From Felis catus (lineage: Eukaryota): a stretch of 64,000 nucleotides of DNA. A program made the position numbers and the translations under genes. Positions 13,599 through 24,843 of this stretch are shown here, one piece after another. The stretch spans positions 10,666,001 to 10,730,000 of the forward strand of contig NC_058369.1 of assembly GCF_018350175.1 (NCBI RefSeq), written 5' to 3'. The notes under the pieces were generated by a model. That model searched no databases. It was not told the origin of the DNA and saw nothing but the letters and a program-made list of their open reading frames with translations. How positions within the stretch are numbered: the stretch's first letter is position 1; every line of letters starts with the position of its first letter.

Positions 13599-13836
13599 TT
13601 TAAATTTTTTTTTTCAACGTTTATTTATTTTTGGGACAGAGAGAGACAGAGCATGAACGGGGGAGGGGCAGAGAGAGAGGGGAGGGGCAGAGAGAGAGGG
13701 AGACACAGAATCGGAAACAGGCTCCAGGCTCTGAGCGGCCAGCCCAGAGCCTGACGCGGGGCTCGAACTCACGGACCGCGAGATCGTGACCTGGCTGAAG
13801 TCGGACGCTTAACCGACTGTGCCACCCAGGCGCCCC
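13599..13836 (-). mobile_element. Young felid CAN-SINE, nested in the tail of an older SINE
   Basis: CpG-intact felid consensus; internal duplication of GGAGGGGCAGAGAGAGAGG. Confidence 0.95.
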
Positions 13837-13837
13837 A

Positions 13838-14049
13838 CTATCTATCTATATCTTGATAGAGAAGGAGAGGAAGAGAGAGTGCACAAGTGGGGAAAGGGCA
13901 AGGAGTGGTAGAGAGAGAAAATCTCAGGCAGGCTTTGTGCTGCCAGGGTAGTGGGACATGGGGTTCAATCTCACCAGCCATTAGATCCTGACGTAGCTGT
14001 AACCAGGAACCATGCTTAACTGACTGCCAGTTGAGCCACCCAGGTGCCC
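13838..14049 (-). mobile_element. Older CAN-SINE
   Basis: Ends GAGCCACCCAGGTGCCC. Confidence 0.85.
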
Positions 14050-14086
14050 TGATATCTTCTTTCTTTTTAAATAAGATCACCTTTGT

Positions 14087-14320
14087 GGGATGCCTGGGTG
14101 GCTCAATTGGTTAGGCATCTGACATAGGCTCAGGTGATGATCTCCTGGTTCATGAGTTTAATCCTGTGTGTTGTTCTCTGTTGTCGCTTCACAGATTGCT
14201 TCAGATGCTCTGTCTCTGTCGCTGTCTCTGTCTCTGTCTCTCTCTGTGCTCCTCCTTCCCCCTTTCCCCCTTCCCTCCTCTGCATGCACTCTCTCTCAAA
14301 AATAAATAAAAATATAAATA
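14087..14320 (+). mobile_element. CAN-SINE
   Basis: TSD AAATA(A/T)GATCACCTTTGTG. Confidence 0.9.
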
Positions 14321-14411
14321 AATATGATCACCTTTGTGAACAGAAATCATATTCTTCCTTTCTAATTTTAATGACTTTTATTTCATTTTCTCTCTCATCC
14401 CTCCCTCCACT

Positions 14412-14984
<573 letters not shown>

Positions 14985-15769
14985 TAATTGCTCTGTCTGG
15001 AAATTTCAATGCCATGTTACATAGAAGGTATAAGGCAGACATGCTTGTCTTGTTTTTATCTTAGAGGTCACTCTTAGCCTTTCACTATTGAGAATGATGT
15101 TAGAAGTGGGCTTTCACATATGATCTATATCATGTTGAAGAAGTTTCCTTTTGTTCTTAGCTTCTTGAATGTTGTTATTATGAAAGAAGGTCCAATTTTG
15201 TCTATTTTTCTGCATCAGTGGACATAAGCATGCACTTTTATCCTTCATTCTGTTAATGTGGTGTACCACACTGACGGATTTTCATAAGTAAAACCATCCT
15301 TGCCTTCCAGGAATAAATCCCACTTGGTCATGATGCATTATCCTTTTCTACACCACGAACAAAAGGCTGCTATGTTCTGTTTGGTAGTATTTAGTAAAAG
15401 ATTGTCACATCAGTATTTGTTTGGAATATTGTTCTGTACTTTTATTTTCTTGCAATGTCTTTATTTTGTCAGTATTAGCGCAATGTTGGCCTCTTGGAAT
15501 AAAGTAGGACGTTTTAACCTTTCAATTTTTGTAAGAGTTTGAGAAAGTTTGGTGTTAATTCTTCTATTTCTGTGTGGTTTTTGTGATTCTAAGCCATGAC
15601 GACTCAGTTGGCACACCTACATTGCAAAATGCAATTCTCTTAGGAAAAATAAGCTCTTGACTCATGGTGTATCCTGTCCCCTGCTTTCTAAAACAGCTGT
15701 GCTTCAGCCACAAGAGTACACAGTACCACAATGATGGAAAACTCTCTCTCTGCCTCTCTTCCTACCTGC

Positions 15770-15815
<46 letters not shown>

Positions 15816-16834
15816 TAGGGAATAGAGATATTATCAGTGAATATACACACATGAAAAACATTTGAAGCAAGCTGAAACTGTTTTATGAAATTAAAAAATG
15901 CATAATTTAGACCAACTAAAGACTGACAGTAAGAGTGAGAGAATGTGATAGAATTATGGAGGAATGAGTTATGTTGTATCTGTACACATTACATAAAATT
16001 TATTCCGTGGTAGCAGACATCATATATAACATATAGGTATAAAAACAACAATGGACTGTAGTGTCCACTCCCTTAGGACGTTTCCACAGATGCAGGAGGC
16101 TTTGAGCTCCTCTCTTTCTTATCTTACACCCCACCCCTGCTCCTGTTGTGTTACCTGCTCTGCTCACAGCTTTCTCTTTGATGTTGCCTGATGGGTTTGG
16201 GTCTTGCCTTAGGGTCCTTGCACAGGCTTTTTCTCTGCCTTAATTGGTTTCCTCAAAGTTATCTGCATGGTTCATATATCCACTGCCCTCAGTTTTTCAG
16301 CTTTGAAGCCCCTCATCAGAGATGATACAATGGCAAGTTTCCCCTTCATTTAGGATTCCTAGTGTGACATTGTTTTACTTACTGGTTGTAACCACCACTT
16401 GAAACATCATTCTTCATTTAGTAATATTCGCTGCCTCTGACACACACGCATCTTAAACTCAGTCTTGTTGAGGTCAAATGCACATCACTAATTTTTTCAG
16501 TGCTTTCAAAAAATCTTGCCAACAAAATAATAGGTTAAAATATTTGTTGGGTGAACAAAAAGAGTCTCAGGAAATTTATGGAGGAGAACATTGCTTTGGA
16601 TAAATGTTTTGATTCAGGACAAGGATTGTGAATCAGTTTCAGCCTCATGGAAAACACGGAACATTGGGATTCCCTGAAATTTTCTGCTAAATTTTCTAGA
16701 TGGTAGGTAATGTTTAAGAATTAACTAATGAAGCACGTTGGAAACACAAATTGCAGCATTTCTTTCAATTCTGTGATCACTGCCTGTGCCTTTACAATGC
16801 TCTTGTCTCTGTTCCAGCTGTTTTCACCAGACAC

Positions 16835-17803
16835 ATGGAAGGAAGAAATCAAACCCGTGTTACAGAATTTATCCTCTTGGGGCTCTCAGACGAGGGGGGG
16901 CTGCAGTCCCTGCTCTTTTGGCCGTTCCTGTCCATGTACCTGGTCACCTTCACTGGGAACCTGCTCATGATCCTGGCCATTATCACGGACTCCCGCCTCC
17001 ACATGCCCATGTACTTCTTCCTCTCCAACCTGTCCTTTTCAGACATCTGTTTCACCTCCACCACCATCCCAAAGATGCTGCTGAACATCCAGACGCAGAG
17101 CAAAGTGATCACCTATGAAGGCTGTCTCAGCCAGATGTACTTTTTCATGCTTTTTGTAGGATTAGACAACTTCCTCTTGACAGTGATGGCCTATGACCGG
17201 TTCGTGGCCATCTGTCACCCATTGCACTACATGGTCATCATGAATCCCAAATTCTGCAGCATCCTGCTTCTGGTTCCCTGGATATTGAGTGTTCTTACCT
17301 CTCTATTACATGACTTGATGATTTTGCGACTCTCTTTTTGCACAGATCTGGAAATCCTTCACTTTTTCTGTGAACTTATTCAGGTGATCCAACTTGCTTG
17401 CTCTGATACCTTCCTCAATGACCTGATGATCTATCTCACAAGTGGACTTCTGGGTGTTGTTCCACTCACTGGTATCCTGTTCTCTTACTATAGAATTGTA
17501 ACTTCCATTTTGAGAATTTCATCAGCAATGGGCAAGTATAAAGCATTTTCCACATGTGGGTCTCATCTTGCAGTGGTCTCTTTGTTCTACGGTACAAGCC
17601 TTGGGGTTTATCTTAGTTTTGCTGCTTCACAAAACTCCAGAGCAAGTGCCATAGCCTCAGTGATGTTCACAGTGGTGACGCCCATGCTGAACCCCTTTAT
17701 CTATGGTCTGAGGAACAGAGACATCAAGCAAGCCCTGAGAAATCTCTTTAGCCGAGAGACATTCTCTGCATATAGGATTCTTTGTTACAGGATAAAGACT
17801 TGA
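16835..17803 (+). CDS. Olfactory receptor family 7 (OR7C/OR7A-related), intact, 322 aa; called OR-1 here
   Basis: Motifs N-Q-T sequon, [53 protein letters not shown]. Start placed at ATG 16835 (MEGRNQT) after acceptor-like TTCCAG/CACCAG; the track's TTG start at 16751 is upstream of these acceptors. Confidence 0.96.
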   Translation: MEGRNQTRVTEFILLGLSDEGGLQSLLFWPFLSMYLVTFTGNLLMILAIITDSRLHMPMYFFLSNLSFSDICFTSTTIPKMLLNIQTQSKVITYEGCLSQMYFFMLFVGLDNFLLTVMAYDRFVAICHPLHYMVIMNPKFCSILLLVPWILSVLTSLLHDLMILRLSFCTDLEILHFFCELIQVIQLACSDTFLNDLMIYLTSGLLGVVPLTGILFSYYRIVTSILRISSAMGKYKAFSTCGSHLAVVSLFYGTSLGVYLSFAASQNSRASAIASVMFTVVTPMLNPFIYGLRNRDIKQALRNLFSRETFSAYRILCYRIKT

Positions 17804-17949
17804 GTAACAGGGCTCCAAACCCTAGAAAACCTAGATCATGATATTTGTGTCAGTTCATAGGCTGACAATCTGCAGTTTGTCTTTCTACAGTTTGGGTTGA
17901 TTTGTGTTTTTCATACATTATGAGCCACCATTTCTTCTGTATCTCTTTT

Positions 17950-18145
17950 CTTGTTGAAGCTTATTTATTTAGAGAGAGAGAGAGCAGGGAGGGGCAGAGA
18001 GAGGGAGAGGGAGAATCCTAAACAGGCTCCTCGCAACCAGTGCAGAGTCTGATGTGGGGTGTGATCTCACAATTGATGAGTTCATATCATAAGTTGAGCT
18101 GATATCAAAAGTTGATGCTAAGTTCCTGAGCCACCCAGGTGCTCC
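17950..18145 (-). mobile_element. Older CAN-SINE just 3' of OR-1
   Basis: TSD TCTTCTGTAT(C/T)TCTTTT. Confidence 0.88.
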
Positions 18146-20150
18146 TCTTCTGTATTTCTTTTAAACGGTTTAGACTTCTCATTAAATTCCATCGCATGGA
18201 TTTTCAGCAACAAATAAAGGCTATAGGAAATTGAGTACTTATGATGTGATAGGGGAAGCCAGTGGAGTAAATGTGGAATCCTTCCTCTCTGAGATGAAAG
18301 CAGCTGTCTGGTAGAGTATCTGCTTTGGCAGTAAAATCATTCAGCATATCAGAGGTTATATACCAGGTTCCCGGGGTTTCTGTCAATCCACCTTGGAAAG
18401 AGCTCACATCTGCAAGAGCAGAGGCCCCTGGAATCCTGTGTGATTTGTTAACGATAATCCACATTCACTATGCAATATCTAGTTTCCCCTTGCACACTTC
18501 AAAACATTCATTACATGTGAAGTTAATAGAAATGACAACTCGTGATTTTTCAGGCATTGATGGTGTCATTGTTGGTGCTTATCCCAGGCATGTACTATTA
18601 CTTTCCTTTTAATATTTTGGTAGGTAGCAACCCTATTTTCTGATTGCCCTCAGCACCTCCAAACTATGATAAGCCCTTAACAGATCCCAACCACAATATG
18701 GATAGTCTGCCTATTGCCACCTCTGTCTTTTCTTTAAAAAATTTTAAAATGTTTTTATTTATTTTTCAGACAGACAGAGCATGGGGGTGGGGGCAGAGGG
18801 ATGGGCAGAGAGAGAGGGAAGCACAGAATCTGAAGCAGGCTCCAGGCTCTGAGCTGTCAGCACAGAGCCCGACGTGGGGCTTGAACCCACAAATTGTGAG
18901 ATCATGACCTGAGCTGAACCGGATGCTTAACCAACTGAAATACTCAGGTGCCCTTACCTCTGTCTTTTCTAATGATGCATCCCAGAATTTAGGCATTGAT
19001 AGCAGGATATACTTATGGTTCTAGCCTGTGCTTTATGAGGCAGAGCAAGTGAAAGTCTCCTTATCACCTTACCCCAGAAGCCACCAGTTTGATGGTTGGC
19101 CGTAATGGTAATTTCCTATTACCTGATTCACAGTTTTCCAGGTAAAAGTCCACAGGTCCCTTTAAGGACTAATATTCAGAGAAATGTTTAAGGGGCTCTC
19201 ACTCAAAAGCAAAGAGAAGAAGAAACAGGGAAAGCAAGAAGAAAGAAGGAAAATGAGAAAAATAGAATAAAGAAGAGAGCTTACTTATAGCATTTGCCAG
19301 TTTCCGTGGGAAAACTACTCTCATCTTGCCCAATATCAAGCTACCAATTTTGGTTCAGACCACAGTCCCCACGAACCATTATAAGTTGGCTACCACCATT
19401 ACCTTAGAGTCTTTGGGTTGGGTTTGGTGGAAAATGTAAAGCATTGTTGCTATTTTACATCCTTCACTCATCCTTCACTAATTGGTTCCATCAACTGAGG
19501 ATCCGAGTCAGTGAACAGTCTCAGGTCTGAGAGGCAAGTAGAGATTATGACCCTTCATTGTGGTGACTCAGGTCAATCTTTTCTTCATGATTATTAGAGG
19601 TAGGTGTTTTGGTTGTTGTTTTTGTTTTCCTTGTTTTTCATAGCTACACAACTTGGATGAACCCTTAGTAAGCCGCCCATCATTTTGTTTCATGGAGACA
19701 CCTTGATGAAAATGCCAGTTCCAGAAATCTCTGTGGCTCAACCAATGTTGATGAGAATGATTAACTCTTATATGCACTATAATACTATACCCTGGGTGGT
19801 TTCAGACTGTTGACATGGCCTCTGGCAATTCAGTGGAGGGGGCAGGGGCTGAACTCAGGACAAAGGCATTTCAATTTCAGCATGTCCATGGTAAGTCTGT
19901 CATATTGGGGAGAAGCTCTGTAGAGCTTGTCAAGGAAGACATTACATCCCTCGCCAAGGTGTTTCTCAATGCTTTATGAATTTTATATTCTCCAAACTCT
20001 TATTTTGGGTGTACTTTGTGGTTGAGGGGGGTGTTGGGGTCTCATAGGGTAGAATCACACAAGATAAACCCATCACAACACTCTTGTCTCCTTGTACTTT
20101 GGATTCCTTCCTCTACATCATCAAGCTCTTTATGGCACTGAAATTCTTTT
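18146..20150 (+). repeat. OR 3'-flank block F copy 1 (other copies about 24572-26737, 37990-39850, 47120-48720)
   Basis: Shared landmarks ACAATAATCCACATTCA, ATGGTAATT(T/C)CCTATT, AGTCTCAGG, GTGACTCA.GTCAA. Confidence 0.85.
18734..18953 (-). mobile_element. CAN-SINE
   Basis: TSD ACCTCTGTCTTTTCT. Confidence 0.9.
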
Positions 20151-21056
20151 AGAATATGTCACTCTTTTAGTTCCTTTTTTGTCAGGGTAAAAAATATATG
20201 AAATTTATTATTTTAAACATTTTGAAATACACTTAAGTGGCCTTAAGTACTTTTTCACTGTTGTGCAATCACCACCTCGATCCGTCTCCAGAATTTTCTT
20301 ATCATCTCAAACTGAATCTTTGTCCACTTGAAATAGTAACTCCCCATTGCCCCTTTTTCCAGTCCCTGTCTCCCACCATCCTACCTCTTTCTCTAAAACT
20401 GAATACCAAAGGTTCCTTATGTAGATGTTATTGTTTAATATGGATCCTTTTACATCCTTCCTTTCACTTAGCATAATGTTTGTTTCACCCATGTTGTAGC
20501 CTATGCCAGAATTCTATTCATATTAAAGCCTGAATGATATTCCACTGTATGTTTTCACCACATTTTGTTCGTCTGTGAGTTTGTTGATGGACATTTGGGT
20601 TGTCTCCACATTTTGGCTACTGTAAATAAATCTGTTATGAAAAGTGTTGTACAAAAAATCTTTTCTAGTCACTGCTTTAGTCTTTTGGGGCATATAAGTG
20701 GGTACATAACCAGAAGTGAATCTACTGGATCAAATGATAATTCTGTGTTTACATTTCTGAGGAACTAGCACACTGTTTCCTCTAGCAGCTGTGCCCCTTT
20801 TTAGTCTCCAATTTCTCCACAATCTCACCAACACTTATTTTCTGATTTAGTTTTTACAATAGCCATCCTAGTGTGTGTGAGTTGGTATCTATGCATTATG
20901 GTTTTGGTTTGCACTTCCCTAATGATTAGTTATGTTGCGCATCTTTCATGAGCGAATTAGTCATTCCTATATCTTCTCTGGAGAAATGTCTAATGACATT
21001 GCCTGTTTTTTAACTGAGTTGTTTTGCTGTTGAATTTTTGCAATTCTTGAATACAT

Positions 21057-21276
21057 TGTTTTTGTTTTCTTTTTTTAATGTTTATTTTTGAGACAGAGAG
21101 GGACAGAGCATGAACAGGGGAGGGTCAGAGAGAGAGGGAGACACAGAATCTGAAGCAGGCTCCAGGCTCCGAGCTGTTCAACACACAGCCCAACGCGAGG
21201 CTCAAACTCACGCACTGCGAGATCATGACCTGAGCCAAAGTCCGATGCTCAACCAACTGAGCCACCCAGGCGCCCC
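21057..21276 (-). mobile_element. CAN-SINE
   Basis: TSD-like TTTTGCAATTCTT. Confidence 0.9.
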
Positions 21277-21547
21277 GAAGTTTTGCAATTCTTTACATAT
21301 TTTGGATATTAATCTATTATCAGGTGTGTGATTTTCCAGTCCTTTCTCCATTTTGTGGACTGCCTTTTTCACTTGGGGAATAGTGCCCTTCAACGTCCAA
21401 ATATTTTTTATTTTTTTATTTTGCTGAAGTAATTTTTTCTTTAGTTGCCTGTGTCTTTGGTGTTATATTCAGGAAAAGTTTGTCAAATCCAGTGTCATGG
21501 AGGTGCATCTCTCTCTGTGTTTTCTTCTAAGGGGTTACAGTTTTATT

Positions 21548-22121
21548 TCTTTTTTTTATTATTTAAAATTATTTATGTAAATTCAATTAAGTTAACATAC
21601 AGTGTAATATTGGTTTCAGGAGTAGAACCTAGGGATTCATCACTTACATATAACACCCAACAAGTGTCCTACTTAATGTCTGTCACCATTTAGCCCATCT
21701 TCCCACCCACCTCCCCTCCAGCAACCCTCAGTTTATTCTCTGTATATAGGAGTCTCTTATAGTTTGTCTCCCTCTCTGTTTTTATCTTATTTTTCCTTCC
21801 CTTCTCCTATGTTCATCTGTTGTGTTTCTTAAATCCCACATATGAGTGAAATCATATGGTATTTGTCTTTTTCTGATGGACTTATTTCACTTAGCAGGAT
21901 ATGCCCCAGTTTCATTCACATTGGTGCAAATGACAAGATTTCATACTTTTTGGTGATGGAGTAGTATTCCATTGTATATATAATACCACCTCTTTTAAAT
22001 AGAACTACTGTATGACCCAGCAGTTGCATGACTGGGTATTTATCCAAAAGATACAAAAATGCTGCTTCTAAGGGGCACATGCACCCCAGTGTTTATAGCA
22101 GTGCTAACAACAATAGCCAAA
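21548..22121 (-). mobile_element. 5'-truncated, 5'-inverted L1
   Basis: TSD TTACAGTTTTATT (21535-21547 / 22122-22134); antisense 3' part to about 21996, sense-oriented upstream piece 21997-22121. Confidence 0.88.
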
Positions 22122-22249
22122 TTACAGTTTTATTCCCTATGGTTAGGTATGAGGTCCATTTGCAGTCATGTTTGTAGATGGTAGATGAAAAGGACACTTT
22201 CATCTTTTATTTATTCTTGTATGTGGATATCCAGATCTCCCACCACCAT

Positions 22250-22477
22250 TTTATGTGTGTGTGTATGTATGTATGTATGTATGTATGTATGTATGTGTTT
22301 ATAGAGTGAGAGAGTGTGAGCTGGGGAGAGGGGTAGAGGGAGAGAGAGAAAGAATATTTATCAGTCTCCACACTCAGTGCAGAGCCCAATGTAGGGATTG
22401 ATCCCACCACACTGGAATCATGACCTGAGCCGAAATCTGAGTTGGACACTCAACTGACTAAGCCACCCAGGTGCCCC
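22250..22477 (-). mobile_element. CAN-SINE with (TATG)n tail
   Basis: Ends AGCCACCCAGGTGCCCC. Confidence 0.88.
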
Positions 22478-22677
22478 ATCATGATTTCTTAGAAAGACTG
22501 TACATTTATCTTTGAACTTTCCTGGAACTCTTTTCAAAAATCATTCAGTTGTATGTATGAGAGTTTTTTTCTGGGCTCCCTCCTATTGCACTTAGTTATA
22601 TTTCTGTTGTTATTACAATTGAGTTATATTTGTTTTTGTTCTTAACAATGAAAACTGATCATTTAAAAATATAATGT

Positions 22678-22896
22678 GGGTGGTGCCTGAGTGGTTCAGT
22701 CAGTTAAGCATCCAACTTGAGCTCAGGTCATGTCTCACAGTCTGTGAGTTCAAGGCCTGCATCAGGCTCTGTGCTGACAACTCAGAGCCTGGAGCCTGCT
22801 TCAGATTCTGTGTCCCCCTCTTTTTCTTTCTCTCCCCTGCCTTGTGCGCGCTCTCTCTCATCTCAAAGATGAGTAAACATTTTTTTAAAAATTTAA
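22678..22896 (+). mobile_element. CAN-SINE
   Basis: TSD AAAAATATAATGTGG. Confidence 0.9.
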
Positions 22897-23084
22897 AAAA
22901 ATATAATGTGGTAACTCTAAAATCATATATCTCCCCCCTTCTCCAGGCATTATTTTTATTGAAGTATAGTTTACATACAGTGTTATATTAATTTGAGGTG
23001 TACAATGAATAACTTTAACAATTTATACATTGTTCAATACTTATGGAGGTAAGTGTACTCTTAATCCCTTTATCTTTTTAAGTA

Positions 23085-23164
23085 TTGTTTAAAAACATTT
23101 TTATTTCAGAGACAGAGAGAGCACAAGATGGAGAGAGGGTCAGAAGGAGAGGGAGGGAGAGAGG

Positions 23165-23214
<50 letters not shown>

Positions 23215-23336
23215 CTTAAGCGGACTGCACCCTCTGTGCGGGGCCCAACGCAGGGCTGTATCCCATGACCCTGGAATCATGACCTGAGCTGAAATCAAGA
23301 GGCAGTCGTTCAACCAACTGAACCACCCAGGCACCC
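23085..23336 (-). mobile_element. CAN-SINE with (GA)n
   Basis: Ends AACCACCCAGGCACCC. Confidence 0.88.
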
Positions 23337-23442
23337 ATTAATCTCTTTTATCTATCTCATCCACCCACCCCACCCCCTTCCTTCTGGGAACCACCAATAT
23401 GTTCTCTGTATTTCAGAGTCTTTTTTTAAAATATATTTTTTT

Positions 23443-23510
23443 AAGGGGCACTAAGGAATCTACTCCTGAAATCATTGTTGCACTATATGCTAACTAATTT
23501 GAATGTAAAT

Positions 23511-23512
<2 letters not shown>
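23443..23512 (+). mobile_element. Tiny L1 3'-terminal fragment, same family as 2561-9305
   Basis: AAGGGGCACTAAGGAATCTACTCCTGAAATCATTGTTGCACTATATG matches 9188-9232. Confidence 0.85.
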
Positions 23513-23557
<45 letters not shown>

Positions 23558-24571
23558 TTATAAAATCTATTGTCAAATTGGTTTCCATACAACACCCAGT
23601 GCTCATCCCAAAAGGTGCCCTCCTCAATACCCATTACCCACCCTTCCCTCCCTCCCACCCCCCCATCAACCCTCAGTTTGTTCTCAGTTTTTAAGAGTCT
23701 CTTATGTTTTGGCTCGCTCCCTCTCTAACTTTTTTTTTCCTTCTCCTCACCCATGGTCTTCTGTTAAGTTTCTCAGGATCCACGTAAGAGTGAAAACATA
23801 TGGTATCTGTCTTTCTCTGTATGACTTGTTTCACTTAGCATAACACTCTGTATGACTTGTTTCACTTAGCATAGCACTTAGCATAACCATCCACATTGCT
23901 ACAAAAGGCCATATTTCATTCTTTCTCATTGCCAAGTAGGATTCCATTGTGTATATAAACCACAATTTCTTTATCCATTTGTCAGTTGATGGACATTTAA
24001 GCTCTTTCCATAATTTGGCCATTGTTGAAAGTACTGCTCTAAACATTGGGGTACAAGTGCCCCTATGCATCAGCACTCCTGGATCCCTTGGGTAAATTCC
24101 TAGCAGTGATATTGCTGGCTCATAAGGTAGATCTATTTTTAATTTTTTGAGAAACCTCCACACTGTTTTCCAGAGTGGCTGCACCAGTTTGCATTCCCAC
24201 CAACAGTGCAAGAGGGTTCCCGTTTCTCCACATCCTCTCCAGCATCTATAGTCTCCTGACTTGTTCATTTTAGCCACTCTGACTGGCGTGAGGTAATATC
24301 TCAGTGTGGTTTTAATTTGTATTTCCCTGAGGAGGAGTGACGTTGAGCATCTTTTCATGTGCCTGTTGGCCATATGGATGTCTTCTTTAGAAAAGTGTCT
24401 ATTCATGTCTTCTGCCCATTTCTTCACTGGATTATTTGTTTTTCAGGTGTGGAGTTTGGTGAGTTCTTTATAGATTTTGGATACTAGCCCTTTGTCTGAT
24501 ATATCGTTTTCAAACATCTTTTTCCATTCCATCGGTTGCCTTTTAGTTTTGTTGATTGTTTCCTTTGCAGT
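23510..24571 (-). mobile_element. Young felid L1, 5'-truncated, no TSD
   Basis: (TTTA)n tail, 3' UTR and open ORF2 C-terminus (23831-24427, [18 protein letters not shown]); very similar to 62135-63130; internal 28-bp tandem duplication at 23815-23873. Confidence 0.95.
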
Positions 24572-24627
24572 CTTCTGTACTTCTTTAAAACTGTTTAGAC
24601 CTCTCATTAAATTCTATTGCATGGATT

Positions 24628-24843
24628 AAAAAAAAATAATGTTTATTCATTTTTTGAGAGAGAGAGAGAGGGGGAGAGAGAGAGAGGAAGGCCAGAGACA
24701 GAGGGAGACATAGAATCAGAAGCAGACTCCAGGCTCTGAGCCGTGTGCACAGAGCCTGATGCTTGGCATGAACCCAGGAATTGGGAGATCATGACCTGAA
24801 CCAAAGATGGACACTCAACCAACTGAGACCCCCAGGGGCTCCC
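24628..24843 (-). mobile_element. CAN-SINE
   Basis: Typical body; absent from block F copy 1. Confidence 0.88.

Larger units (their letters stand above)
20155..23430 (-). repeat. Duplicated block B copy 2
   Basis: Colinear with copies 1 and 3; carries its own SINE and L1 insertions. Confidence 0.85.

Noticed and set aside
16751..16834. N-terminal extensions of OR ORFs in the track (also 45982-46011 and 58754-58789)
   Set aside because: They begin at TTG codons in polypyrimidine acceptor sequence; the canonical Met lies four residues before the glycosylation sequon.
16849..17112. Recurrent antisense and alternate-frame ORFs (LLCVWMF..., HVLLPLQP...) at all four ORs
   Set aside because: Shadows of conserved OR codons, not an independent gene family.
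18213..18218. AATAAA 3' of OR-1 (and 37997 for OR-2) as the poly(A) signal
   Set aside because: Plausible, but hexamers are frequent in this AT-rich DNA; not supportable without 3'-end data.
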